Shown piece after piece: positions 52,191-64,000 of a stretch of DNA of 64,000 nucleotides. The DNA is taken from NCBI RefSeq assembly GCF_006345805.1, contig NC_043013.1:21576001-21640000 (forward strand), written 5' to 3'. The notes beneath the pieces are model-generated. The model made no database searches, was not told the origin of the DNA, and saw only the letters and a list, made by a program, of their open reading frames with translations. This stretch comes from Octopus sinensis. Taxonomy: Eukaryota. The position numbers were made by a program, and so were the translations under genes. Every line of letters starts with the position of its first letter. The stretch's first letter is position 1.

Positions 52191-52655
52191 TGCCCTGATG
52201 CATTACCAGGCAGTGGCTTTCATGGCTTCTGTTCTTTACTTACTGAAGTGTTATCATGTACGTTGTTTTGTCTTGGTGTAAAAGATGAGTCACAACAAAC
52301 ATTCTGCTCAATACACAGATTTGCTTGTCAGTTGTTTGACCTTAACCAGTTGAGCATGTCCTTTAGTGGATGACGATATGTGGGGAACATCGTAGCCATG
52401 TGTTGAGAGGAATTCTTTGGGGGTTTGAATAATTTACCTCCGGAAACAGGGCTGCCTTATTCAAGGACCTTATAAACAGAATGGCCTACTCGACCTGAAG
52501 AAAATTTTAACTGGGCCCCACCTGCAAAGTGATGCGCTGTTTATCTTGATATGAGATCACGATTGCGATGCATGTACCTGGTGCACCCATATCTGATAGG
52601 TAGTCATGATGGGGTTCGTATATTTATAACCCAGCGTCACTTTGATGATATGCAC
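51880..52655 (-). mobile_element. SINE A (51880-52100) and family F (52195-52655)
   Basis: Family matches; embedded in (TAA)n tracts. Confidence 0.8.
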
Positions 52656-52667
52656 TGCTTTCTCGAA

Positions 52668-52720
<53 letters not shown>

Positions 52721-52723
52721 ATA

Positions 52724-52760
<37 letters not shown>

Positions 52761-52761
<1 letters not shown>

Positions 52762-54235
52762 TATCCTGCAAGGCTTGACAGAGAGGAAGTGAGCCTCAGT
52801 TAAAGCCAACAATGGCCCAATAGCTCTGAACTAAAAGGTGAAACGGAAGGACTGATTCTCGCTGCACAAGACCAATGCCTGACTACAAACAATTATAAAA
52901 ACAAAATAATGAAAACTGGCCCCAACATCAAATGCAGAATGTGCAACCAGCACAATGAGACAGTTGACTACATCATCTCGGGATGGCCAGTCTTTGCCAA
53001 GTCTGAATATACATACAGACACGACCGAATAAGCAGTTATATCCATCCACTGGACAATATGCCAACATTACAACATCAAAACTGACAGCAGGTGGTATAA
53101 GCATGAGTCATATAAGGTACAAGACAACAACAAGGCCACTATCATCTTGGATATCCCGGTTCAAACTGACAAAGAAATAATCGCCTAGACAATAATCAAG
53201 GATTGGGGTAAAAAACACCTGCTTACTTATAAACATTGCAGTCTCTTCTGATCAAAATATTCTTTTCTATTCTAGGCACAAGGTCCGAAATTTTGGGGGA
53301 GGGGCCAATCGATTAGATCGACCCCAGTACGCAACTGGTACTTAACTTATCGATCCCGAAAGGATGACAGGCAAAGTCGACCTCGGCGGAATTTGAACTC
53401 AGAACGTAAAGCCAGACGAAATACTTATTTCTTTACCACCCACAAGGGGCTAAACACAGAGAGGACAAATAAGGACATACAAACGGATTAAGTCGATTAT
53501 ATCGACCCCAGTGTGTAACTGGTACTTATTTAATCAACCCCCGAAAGGATGAAAAGCAAAATTGACCTCGGCAGAATTTGAACTCAGAGCGTAGCGGCAG
53601 ACGAAATACTGCTGAGCATTTCGCCCGGCGTTCTAACGATTCTGCCAGCTCGCTGCCCCTTCCGATCAAAATATTGTCAAAAAACAAAGAAGTGAAGAAA
53701 TTGTCAAAGTACAAAGACTTTGAAATTGAAGTATTCAAGATGTAGGGTATGAAGGTAAAAACAATACCAATAATGACTGGAGCATTGGGCAGGATAAAAG
53801 AAAATATATAAGAACGAAAACGTAGAAACCTTCAGCATTACGTACTATCCAAAAAGTAGCCCAGCTAGGAACAGTCCACATCCAACGCAAGATAATATCA
53901 ACTCAATGATACAACCTAAACAAAACAACAGACACATTCTATACAACAAACACAAGACACATTTCAATACAACAATTACCCAGTGAAATAAACTTCCACC
54001 AGCAAGCTAGGAAACCAATGCATTACACACTCAACACACAATACAAGCAGTAACACAACAAAAGGCTGCGCCACACTTCTAGAGAAAAAACTAACACAGT
54101 AGAGTATCGGGAAAAGTTTACACACACCCAACAGCAGAAAAGAACACACAATGCTGCACGCGCCCCAGCAACATGGAGGTGTAGCAGGTGATGCAGTAGA
54201 AATTTGCCTCAACCTACCAAATGTTGAACAGTTAT
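52761..54235 (+). mobile_element. 5'-truncated R4/Dong-type (RLE) non-LTR element, decayed
   Basis: LKGETEGLILAAQDQCLTTNNY; zinc-knuckle region; KEVKKLSKYKDFEIEV; starts right after (TAA)n. Split by a SINE A dimer (53262-53663) with TSD GATCAAAATATT. Confidence 0.85.
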
Positions 54236-54257
54236 ATAATAATAGTAAATACCCTAG

Positions 54258-54978
54258 TGTAGTACCAGGCAGTGACTCTTATAGATTCTGGTCTTAACTG
54301 ATTGGAAGTATTAGCATATACATTGTTTGTCTTGGTATAAAAGATGGGTTACAGCAAATATTCTGCTTAATACCACACATTTGCTTGTCAGTTGTTTGAC
54401 CATAACCAGTTGAGCATGTCCCTTAGTGGCTGACGACATGTTCATCTCTGATCACGAGGAGAAGTACTAGGGGAGCATTATAACCATGTCGTGGGAGGAA
54501 TCCTCTGGGGTTTGAATAATCCATCTCTGGAAACATCCTTAAACAACCCTTATTCAGGGATTATTTGAGTGGGATGGGCTACTCGATTTGAAGAAAATTC
54601 TACCTGCAAGGTGATGTGCTGTTTATCTTGATATGAGATCACCATGTCACGCACATGTGGTTGTGATACATGTGCCTGGTGTACCATTATCATGGATATA
54701 CTGGGCTTCGTGTCACTTTGATGACATGCACTGCTCTCTCACTCAATAATGATAATAATAGTCGTTTCTACTATAAGTACAATGCCTGAAATTTTGAGGG
54801 AGAGAACAAGTATATTACATCGTCCTCAATGCTCAAATGGTATTTTATTTTATCGACCCGGAAAGGATGAAAGGCAAAGTCGACTTCGGCGGAATTTGAA
54901 ACTAGAATGTAAAGACAAGTGAAACGCCGCTAAGCATTTTTCCCAGTGCGCTAACGGTTCAGCCAGCTCGCTTCCTTG
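54258..54978 (-). mobile_element. Family F (54258-54745) and SINE A (54765-54978)
   Basis: Family matches. Confidence 0.8.
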
Positions 54979-55726
54979 ATGATGATAATAACGATTACAA
55001 ATTTTTGCAGAAAGCCAGCAAGTTCGATGAAGGTCGACTCCAATGCTCAACTGGTACTTGTTTTATGGAGCACGAGGTCATTTGCAGGGGTTTACATTGA
55101 CGTATGATGTTCATCGATTTTGTTATGTTCGCCTCATCCATTTTCTATATACTCTCACATTTTTGCCTCATACATTTTGACCTAACTTTTTTTTTTACTA
55201 ATGAACCAAATTTCATTTATTTTATCTCCAAATGTAGCTTAGGACTGGACCATCATTTACTAAAAAAAAAAAACCCACATTCAATTTGGTTGCGAAATGA
55301 ATTAGCGATGAACCCTAGAACAGCTCGCAAGTGACTAAATGTTAACCTTAAGGAACAGCCGTGGATGAATGGTTGTTTCTGTTCGGTACACTTAAATGCT
55401 AACTCTGACATGTCTGTTGTGATCTGTTATGATTTGTGTTTGTTTAGATATCATATTAGTACAGAGTCGAGGACATACTTTCGTATGCGTGACCGTCTGC
55501 CGTTGTATTTGTTTTCTTTTTTTTTGTTGTTGTTTATTATGTGTTTCGTATGTCGTGAGTTACAATCAGTCTTTTGTGTTAGTTTTATTCCCGGTAGGAG
55601 CCGTGATGACTCACACAAATTAAAGAGATGACAACAAAACATACTTGAGACGTTATATCTATGTATGTGTGAAAAAGAGAGAGAGAGAGAGAGAGAGGAG
55701 GGAGAGAGTGAGAGAGAGGAGGAGGG

Positions 55727-55762
<36 letters not shown>

Positions 55763-55776
55763 GAGGAAGGAGAGAG

Positions 55777-55832
<56 letters not shown>

Positions 55833-56342
55833 TGTGTGTGTGTGAGTTGAGAAATGGGAGCAGATGCTAGCTTGTGAAGGTTTGTATTCTTTTTTCTCCT
55901 ATGGATATGATTTTTGTAAGGAAGCGACTGTTCCCCAGGAACCAAAGTAAATCCGCATCTCATGTCGAAAAAGAAATTGCCGTCACCGCATTATACCAAG
56001 CCATCATGCAGTCTCACAACTCGACATTTGAAAAACAGAATCTTCTCGGAAAGAAACAACTTCTCAGAGAAAAGAAGAAAAAGACAAAAACAACACCAAT
56101 TGGCAAAACCGATCATCGACCTTGGAAGATAAACAGCTGATCGAATCTGAAGGAAAGATTGTGATTTGCGATTTGTTACTATCTTCAAGAGGCTTTCTTA
56201 CGTAGATATCTTGACCAAATCGAGCAATCACCATAATTACTTGAAATGTAGGATAACACAACGATGTAGCAGTTTATACAGAAGAAATGAAGTACCTTAG
56301 AATATATTTTGGAACAACACAAGAAGAAACTAAAGGCTTGAA

Positions 56343-56383
<41 letters not shown>

Positions 56384-56384
56384 A

Positions 56385-56545
56385 AAAATAGGCTTCTTTC
56401 TGTTTCCTTCTACCAAGCCGACTCACAAGTTTTTAGCCGGCCTCAGGCTATAGTAGAAGACACTTACCCAAGGTGTCACGTAGTGGCACTGAACCAGGAA
56501 TCCTATAGTTGGGAAGCAAAGTTCTTACCTCACAGCCATTCCTAG
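56385..56545 (-). mobile_element. SINE family B 5' part
   Basis: Reverse complement of the head. Confidence 0.7.
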
Positions 56546-56599
56546 GCGCTCACCACAACCACTCTTAAGCATAAAGAATTGACGATTAAACCTAATTCG

Positions 56600-56850
56600 A
56601 CTGCAAGGGTTGGTTTGTCAGAGAAAATTCAGAAAATAGGCAACACGTACAACCTTAGAACTGCGTTCAAAAGTAAAATCACACTTCTCACCAAAGAGAA
56701 ATCTTTCCAAGACTAATGAGAACATTAAAAAATTGGGGAAGTATTCTAAACATGAAACTAAGACTTTTTGATAGTCAGAATGAGGAACTTCGAAAAGCCT
56801 TAATGAAATGAGAAACATTTTAGTTAAGAACGGTTGAAGATATATAGTAC
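56600..56850 (+). pseudogene. Possible Penelope-like remnant
   Basis: GLSEKIQKIGNTYNLRTAFKS and NEMRNILVKNG resemble the PLE thumb/linker. Confidence 0.4.
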
Positions 56851-57024
56851 AAAGAAGGAACTAATTTGCTGCTGTGCAAGCAAGTTTCCGTTGTTGTTTA
56901 AGGGCCACAATGAAAACTTTATAAGATCGAAGAATCAATACATAAATGACTTGAGATGCTGACTCACTAAATCCAGCGCTGATATCAGCTCAATATGGCT
57001 GCCTTTACTGAAAAGTAAATATAA

Positions 57025-57180
57025 TCATTTCTACTCCAGGCACAAGGCCCAAAATTTTTGGAGAGGAGGCCAGTCGATTAGATCGACCCCAGTATGTAAC
57101 TGGTACTTAATTTATCGACCCCGAAAAGATGAAAGGCAAAGTCGATCTCGGTGGATTTTGAACTCAGAACGTAAAGAAAG
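57025..57180 (-). mobile_element. SINE A, 5'-truncated
   Basis: Family match without an A-box head. Confidence 0.8.
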
Positions 57181-57374
57181 TTGAAAGGTAAATATAATAA
57201 CCTAAAAATGTAACGTTAACTGAACATGTGTCAGTGGCCTGATGGACAAGAGGGTTAGTATTCTTAACCCTGTGTCTGTCCTGTGCATTACATGTGTTTC
57301 ACGTGGCCATATTTTCCGGGCGTCCATGCCTCATATATGATACACAGTCCCAATTTATTTCAACCACCAGTGTA

Positions 57375-57915
57375 ACTTGGATCTTATGACAGGAAAGCTT
57401 CATAGTCCCAGACACGGAAGTTCTGAAGCAGGCAGATCTCCCTAGCACCATCACAATCATGCGCAAGGCCCAGCTGAGATGGGCGGGCCACGTCTCCCGC
57501 ATGTCCGACACTCGCATCCCAAAACAGCTCTTCTACGGTGAACTCAGCCAGGACAAACGCAAAGTCGGAGGGCAGAAGAAGCGCTTCAAGGACAGTCTCA
57601 AGGTCTCTCTCAAAGACTTCTCCATCGGCACAGAGACTTGGGAGACACTTGCTGCCGACCGCTCATCCTGGCGCAGCGCAATCACCACAGGAGCAGGGAC
57701 AGCCGAGAAGGGATGGATTCGGTCAGCAGAGCAGAAACGCCAGATGCGGAAAGCCAGAGCCGCCTGCACCAGTAGCACGGCCCCTACCCACTTCTGCCCC
57801 ACCTGTTGGAGGGGCTTCCCTGCCTGGATTGGCCTCACCAGCCACCTCCGGTCTCATGGCGGCAGTTCCACCAGATGATGTCAGTGGTCATCTTCGAACC
57901 CGAAGGACGAACATT
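57375..57915 (+). mobile_element. 5'-truncated RTE-clade LINE with C-terminal C2H2 finger
   Basis: QLRWAGHVSRMSDTRIPKQLFYGEL...KKRFKDSLK...WETLAADRSSWR...CPTCWRGF...LTSHLRSH. Confidence 0.9.
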
Positions 57916-58802
57916 ATAGTAATCAGAAATTATTAAAGAGGTTTGATTAAAAATCTGAAAAAAAAGCCTAGACGTTTACGACAAACTTATGAAAATGCTT
58001 CGGACGGACAAAAAGTAGATTTAAAAATAAATATTATTGTGCAAAAACAATCCGGTACGATATACATATCCAGGAGTAAGACATCTAATGACATTCGGAA
58101 GGTGAAAAGTGGTGTTTCTGTGAAAATTAATGAACTCCTCAATTGCAAGCGTTAACAATTAGTAAAATTAAATTCTTAAGACAAGAAAGTCAGGTTTTGC
58201 TCGTAAGAAAAAAGATAAAACAGAAATACAGAATATATAACGTAAAGTATAACAGCCATCTCAATATGGCTAACCACAAAGTGAGGGTGTTACTGTAGCT
58301 TTTAGCCCCAGGAGATCGACGTCTCCAGCTGGCTTTAGACACATTTTCTGTGCCCTTTAGGTATTTGCAAAGGGAAGCCATCCCTTCCTCGTAAGCTTTA
58401 GTGATACGCACCGGACCGCGGTTTCGAGATTATTGTCTCTTATCAACGGGCGGTAACAACCAGGTCACGAATCTAACAAAATACATGCAGTAATGTATAA
58501 TTAAGGTTTGGTTATTATGCATCGATGGTGAGATCCATGACCAAAAGAATTCCACCCATGTCTCTTAACCTTTTAATAATGTCTAGGACTATCTTATCTT
58601 ATCTATCTTTTCCATATTTATGACGAGTGAATTTAATTTGAGTGATATTTTGCGGATATTTCTAATAACAGGCAGCCTTACAGAGATTTTCTCAAATGTT
58701 TCCCTCATTGGCTTCTATATCTGCCAAAAGAAAACACCTAGAGATGGTCGTCGCGTTTTGCCAGTTCATTACACGCACTATATATTTGCGCTTCACTTCA
58801 AC

Positions 58803-58883
<81 letters not shown>

Positions 58884-59017
58884 TTAGCTTCTTTGTCGAA
58901 GTTCTTTCGTCGTACGTCATGTGACCTCTTCAGCGTCTCTTTATCCCACGTGTCTCGGAAGAGGTCACAAGATGTATGGTGAAAGAAACTAAAATAATAA
59001 TAATAATAATAATAATA

Positions 59018-59058
<41 letters not shown>

Positions 59059-59070
59059 TAATAACAATAA

Positions 59071-59695
59071 TATCATATTATCTCTAGCTGCCCAGTCTTG
59101 GCTAAGAAGGAATATATTCACAGACATGACAGAGTTGGAACCTACATACATTGGAAGCTATGCCAACATTATGGAATAACAACAGAAAAAAGATGGTATA
59201 GGCACACACCAGAAAAGGTCACAGAAAACGGGAAAGCAACCATACTCTGGGATATGCCGATACACACAGATAGAGAAATTAAGGCCAACAGACCAGATAT
59301 AGTTGTCAGAGATCATGAAGAAAAAAAATGCTTTCTAATTGATGTATCAATACCGGCTAATGACAACGTGTCTCTAAAAGAAATGGAGAAACTCTCAAAA
59401 TACAAAGACCTGGAAATAGAGGTAACTAGAATGTGGAATCTGAAAACAGAAACAATTCCTATCATAGTAGGCATGATAAAAATATATTCAGACAAATACA
59501 TAACAAAAACACCAGGACTTACAAACACATATAACATACAGAAAATTGCACTACTAGGCACTGCACACATCCTACGCAGAACACTTTCCATACAATAACC
59601 ATCAGAGCATCACAACAAATCACAGCACATACCCAAGGCACACAGAGCTGTGCTCGGTAGTGAAGTGAAAGCACGCTATAAAAATAAAACTACTG
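59071..59695 (+). mobile_element. 5'-truncated R4/Dong-type element in (AAT)n
   Basis: HIISSCPVLAKKEYIHRHDRV...ILWDMPIHTDREIKANRPDIVV...LIDVSIP...KLSKYKDL (PD-(D/E)xK RLE domain); (AAT)n on both sides. Confidence 0.93.
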
Positions 59696-59707
59696 AATAA
59701 CAACAAC

Positions 59708-59738
<31 letters not shown>

Positions 59739-60420
59739 CTGAAGTGAATACCAAATATACAGTGCGTGTGTTTAACTGGCAAAATACGACCCCCCCCACC
59801 AAATATAACAATATCTGTTTCAACACACGAATTCACATCAAAAACCTTGCAAAACAAATACATAAACATAAAAAAAAAAACATGTTGTTTTACATTAATT
59901 CTGTTTTTTTCTTTCGGTGACATCAATTGTTCTCAGCGTCATCATCTTATCTCAAGTTGGTGCTAATCTCTGGGTGAAATACATGTTTCTATTCTATTCT
60001 ATTGTTCCATTATTCAAACCCGGGTTTTTCAGCTATTTATTCAAGACAAAAGATGTTAATAGATAAATATTGACTCAATAACAATATCTTTGTAATACAC
60101 GTGATTCTACGATACCAATTCCATTAAAGATGCGTCCGATTTCTAAGGCAGATTCCACATCGATGTCCGTCTTCATTCTTTATACATTACACTTTTGACT
60201 TAACAATTAGAGGTCTTCTTTCTGCTATCAAATAACTGCGCTCTATAAACTGAAGAAACGAGCTAAGCAATAATATAAAACACAAAAAGGAAATTAAGTA
60301 AAGCTTCAAATTGAAAGATGAAGAAATACTGAATGAATACGGAAATGAATAGCAGCATTTGTGGTGGGTACTAAGAGAATATACTCATAAACAAAACACA
60401 CACATACATATATATATATA

Positions 60421-60816
60421 CTAGCAGTATCGCCCGGCGTTGCTCGGGTTTGTAAGGGAAATAACTATATAAGCATTTTTAGAGAGTTATAGCCAAAAAA
60501 TAGCAAAAGAATGCATTAAAAATTGAAAAAAAATTAAGGTAAATTTTTTTTTAAATCGTTGACACATCGTAGATATTTTTAGAGAGTTACTTCCCTTATA
60601 TAAAAGCGAAAAAAATGCATTAAAATGGAAAAATATGTTGGTAATTTTTTTTAAAATCGTAGACTCATCGTAGACGCGCGCTAATACCCAGAAGGGCTCG
60701 ATATGAATCACGACTATAAGATACCCGCTTTTGGTTAAACTGCACCGCAAAATGTGGGAGTAGTTACGAATCTAAATCGAAGGGGACAGACACACAACTT
60801 CACTCTTATATAAAGA
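60421..60816 (-). mobile_element. Non-autonomous Helitron
   Basis: Minus strand starts TC after an A, and ends with hairpin CCCGAGCAACGCCGGG and CTAG followed by T; no TSD. Confidence 0.85.
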
Positions 60817-61199
60817 TGGGTTTTTTTTCAGTCATAGAGTTAGATTTATGAAGGTCTTCAGTAGAAAATCCTTCGAATTCTGACTCGCTGCTTGATATAA
60901 TGAAATTCGTATCCATTTTTTGTCAGAATTACAAATTTTGAAAACACAATAGGAACAAATTTCGGAAAAAAATCTCCCATAATTCACGGAATTAAAATTA
61001 CACTTCGATTTTTGTACAAAACTGTATTTGAAGTGTTTACGAAGTATAATACGTGTTTTCACGAATGTACTAAAGAGATTTACTCTGATATTCTCATTTA
61101 AATATGAATAGGTAAATTCGGGCGGTTTGGTAACAAAAGGGTTTATATAAGTGTCGTCTGTTTATACATAAACACTGTTTCATACTTTCAGTTTAGTCT

Positions 61200-61591
61200 T
61201 GCTCAAATCACTCTGTCGCTAATTTACTCTCTTCCAAGAACATTTTCACTCACTGTTATCTGTTAGCTTCCCATACATTTTACTCATGTATCTATCAGCG
61301 TGATAGACAGAAACAAATATTACATTTACTTTCATTTTATTCGTCGCACACTGTGTGTGTGCGTTTGCGTGTGGTGTAAACCAGACTAAGAAAAGCATTT
61401 GACACACACACCAGAATGTGAGTTTTCTGTAAATTTTGCTTAATTGGAGTTTAAATTTTAAAAACTGGACCTGGCATGACGCGATGCATTGTACTCTCAA
61501 AAATGCTAGGTAAATTGTAATTGAAGAAATCCTATATTGTAGATTTGTATAACTCCCAAAGGGAGGCAGATAAAATCTGCCTTTTATAATA

Positions 61592-61596
<5 letters not shown>
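61200..61596 (-). mobile_element. Helitron-like 5' fragment
   Basis: Minus strand starts TCTCTTATTATAAAAGG after an A; 3' end not found. Confidence 0.45.
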
Positions 61597-61648
<52 letters not shown>

Positions 61649-61844
61649 TGCACACATATATACATACATAAATACATACATATATGCAGACACATACATA
61701 TGTACGTATGATTTTTCTATGAGTTTTGTTTAAGTTCTTCTTGAGAGAGTTCAATCCGGTTACTAATAAACCTACAAATATTTTTGAATTAAGAGCGTTT
61801 ATAAATATGTTGTTGAGTTTGTGCATTGGTTGAACTACCGATGC

Positions 61845-62015
61845 CTTGCTTACGAACCACATGGTTTTGGGTTCAAGTCCCACTGCGTAGCACCGTGGGC
61901 AGGTGTCTTCTACTATAGCCTCGGGTCGACCAAAGCCTTGTGAGTGGATTTGGTAGACGGAAACTGAAAGAAGCCTGTCGCATACTTATATATGTGTGTG
62001 TATGTGTCGTATATG

Positions 62016-62060
<45 letters not shown>

Positions 62061-62265
62061 CTGTGTTTGTGTGTCTGTGTTTGTCCCCCCAACATCGGTT
62101 GACAACTAATGCTGGTGTGTTTACGTCCCCGTAACTTAGCGGTTCGGCAAAAAAGACGATAGAATAAGTACTAGGCTTACAAAGAATAAGTCCTGGGGTC
62201 GATTTGCTCGACTAAAGGCGGTGCTCCAGCATGACCGCAGTCAAATGACCGAAACAAGTGAAAAA
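61845..62265 (+). mobile_element. SINE family B
   Basis: Family match with internal microsatellite. Confidence 0.88.
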
Positions 62266-62277
62266 AATTTTTTAAGT

Positions 62278-62430
62278 CACTTTCTTTCGCTCTTTCTTCG
62301 TGAAACTGAGTATTTCATGGTTTTTATGCAAATTTGTTGGTACTTAACCTAATGCACCTATAATGATAGGTACAAACGAGAATTCCTGGTCAGGGTACAA
62401 GAACTGTATGTTCACCATTAATTCGCCATG
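62278..62430 (-). pseudogene. Short RLE (R4-like) C-terminal fragment
   Basis: HGELMVNIQFLYPDQEFSFVPIIIGALG*VPTNL. Confidence 0.55.
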
Positions 62431-62580
62431 TATGTATGTATGTGTGTGTGTATGTATGTGTGTGTGTGTATGCGTGTATGTATGTATGTATGTGTATGTG
62501 TGTATGTATGTATGTATGTGTGTATGTATGTATGTGTGTGTGTATGTATGTATGTGTGTATGTATGTATGTGTGTGTGTA

Positions 62581-62625
<45 letters not shown>

Positions 62626-62738
62626 ACATGCATGTATGTATGTATGTGTGTGTGTGTATGCGTGTATGTATGTATGTATGTGTATGTGTGTATGTATGTA
62701 TGTATGTGTGTATGTATGTATGTGTGTGTGTATGTATG

Positions 62739-62775
<37 letters not shown>

Positions 62776-62942
62776 ACATGCATGTATGTATGTATGTGTG
62801 TGTGTGTATGCGTGTATGTATGTATGTATGTATGTGTGTATGTATGTATGTATGTATGTATGTACGTACGTATGCATGTATGTATGTATGTATGTATGTA
62901 TGTATGTGTGTGTGTGTATGTGTGTATGTATGCATGTATGTA

Positions 62943-62973
<31 letters not shown>

Positions 62974-63245
62974 ATGTATGTGTGTATGTATGTATGTATG
63001 TATGTACGTATGTATGCATGTATGTATGTATGTATGTGTGTGTGTGTGTGTATGTGTGTATGTATGCATGTATGTATGTGTGTGTGTGTATGTGTGTATT
63101 ATGCATGTATGTATGTGTGTGTGTATGTGTGTATGTATGCATGTATGTATGTGTGTGTGTGTGTATGTGTGTATGTATGCATGTATGTATGTGTGTGTGT
63201 ATGTATGTATGTATGTATGTTTGTATGTATGTATGTATGTATGTA
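62428..63245. repeat. (TATG)n/(TG)n compound microsatellite; complementary (CATA)n at 63820-64000
   Basis: Direct reading; source of the 250-328 aa spurious ORFs. Confidence 0.98.
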
Positions 63246-63602
63246 AGACAGATCGAATCGGCCGTGAGCTGATTCGAAGAACTCTTCTCACACTGCTTGG
63301 GAGGGGGATTTTTATCCGAAATATTGGAAGATTAAATACAGAACTTTAGATATTTCTAAACCTCGTTATTTATTGGCAACGCCATATTTTATTCCGATTT
63401 ATTCCTTATTCGCATTGCCATAAAGTCTTATTAAAACTCACCATTTTGCTCACACATACTTCAAACAAAGCTTCCAAGACACATACGCACACACACACAC
63501 ATGCATGTGTGTGTGTATGTGTGCGAGCGTGTGTTTGTGTGTGTGTATATATATTCATACACACACACACACACATATATATACACACAACGTACAACAC
63601 AT

Positions 63603-63658
<56 letters not shown>

Positions 63659-64000
63659 CACACACACACACATACGAAGACATAATATTGCACTACCTTA
63701 TGCACTTACGCCTAATCTTGTATGGTAGAGTACAGAATACAATATTCGACTAATGAAAGTGTTATAATGATATACACACACACACGCACGCCCCTGTATA
63801 TACATAGCTTTTACATACGTGCATACATACATACATACATACATACATACATGCATACATACATACATACATACATACATGTATGCATGCATACATACAT
63901 ACATACATAAATACATACATGCAAGCATGCATGCATACATACATACATACATACATACATGCATACATGCATACATACATGCAAGCATGCATACATACAT

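Noticed and set aside
55920-56140. Unique stretch with two + frames open for about 70 codons
   Set aside because: No recognisable motif, weak acceptor and no donor; unresolved rather than excluded.
58900-58969. Hammerhead at the CTGAAGA...GAAA motif
   Set aside because: Helix I cannot form in any topology I tried, and a 12-bp stem sequesters the core.
62344-63349. 250-328 aa ORFs
   Set aside because: (TATG)n/(TG)n has few stop codons; only the last roughly 28 codons of 62344-63291 derive from a LINE fragment.

Overview
This is 64 kb of AT-rich eukaryotic DNA, very rich in repeats and microsatellites. The SINE families look like those of an octopus (coleoid cephalopod); that is my recollection and was not checked against a database. 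I recognise no intact host protein-coding gene, so the window is probably intronic or intergenic; three splice-site-bounded segments are weak exon candidates. Nearly all ORFs in the track are microsatellite or SINE artefacts. Recognisable transposon content: a decayed hAT element, a full-length Tc1 element, two mariner remnants, several MITEs, non-autonomous Helitrons, LINE fragments (BovB-like RTE, a second RTE, Tx1/L1, CR1, three R4/Dong-type), Penelope-like remnants and at least five SINE families. Most interesting: (1) a type I hammerhead ribozyme fold on the minus strand at 7410-7505 with an unusually long helix II, plus a second hammerhead-like motif in three copies of a Penelope-type repeat; (2) a SINE that multimerises through a fixed junction, reaching an 11-unit array flanked by Helitron ends; (3) near-perfect foldbacks and short templated insertions, including a 139-bp-arm palindrome whose spacer matches CR1 sequence 1.35 kb upstream; (4) SINE heads and tails exchanged as modules. 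Coordinates of decayed repeats are approximate; structure and alignments were read by eye.
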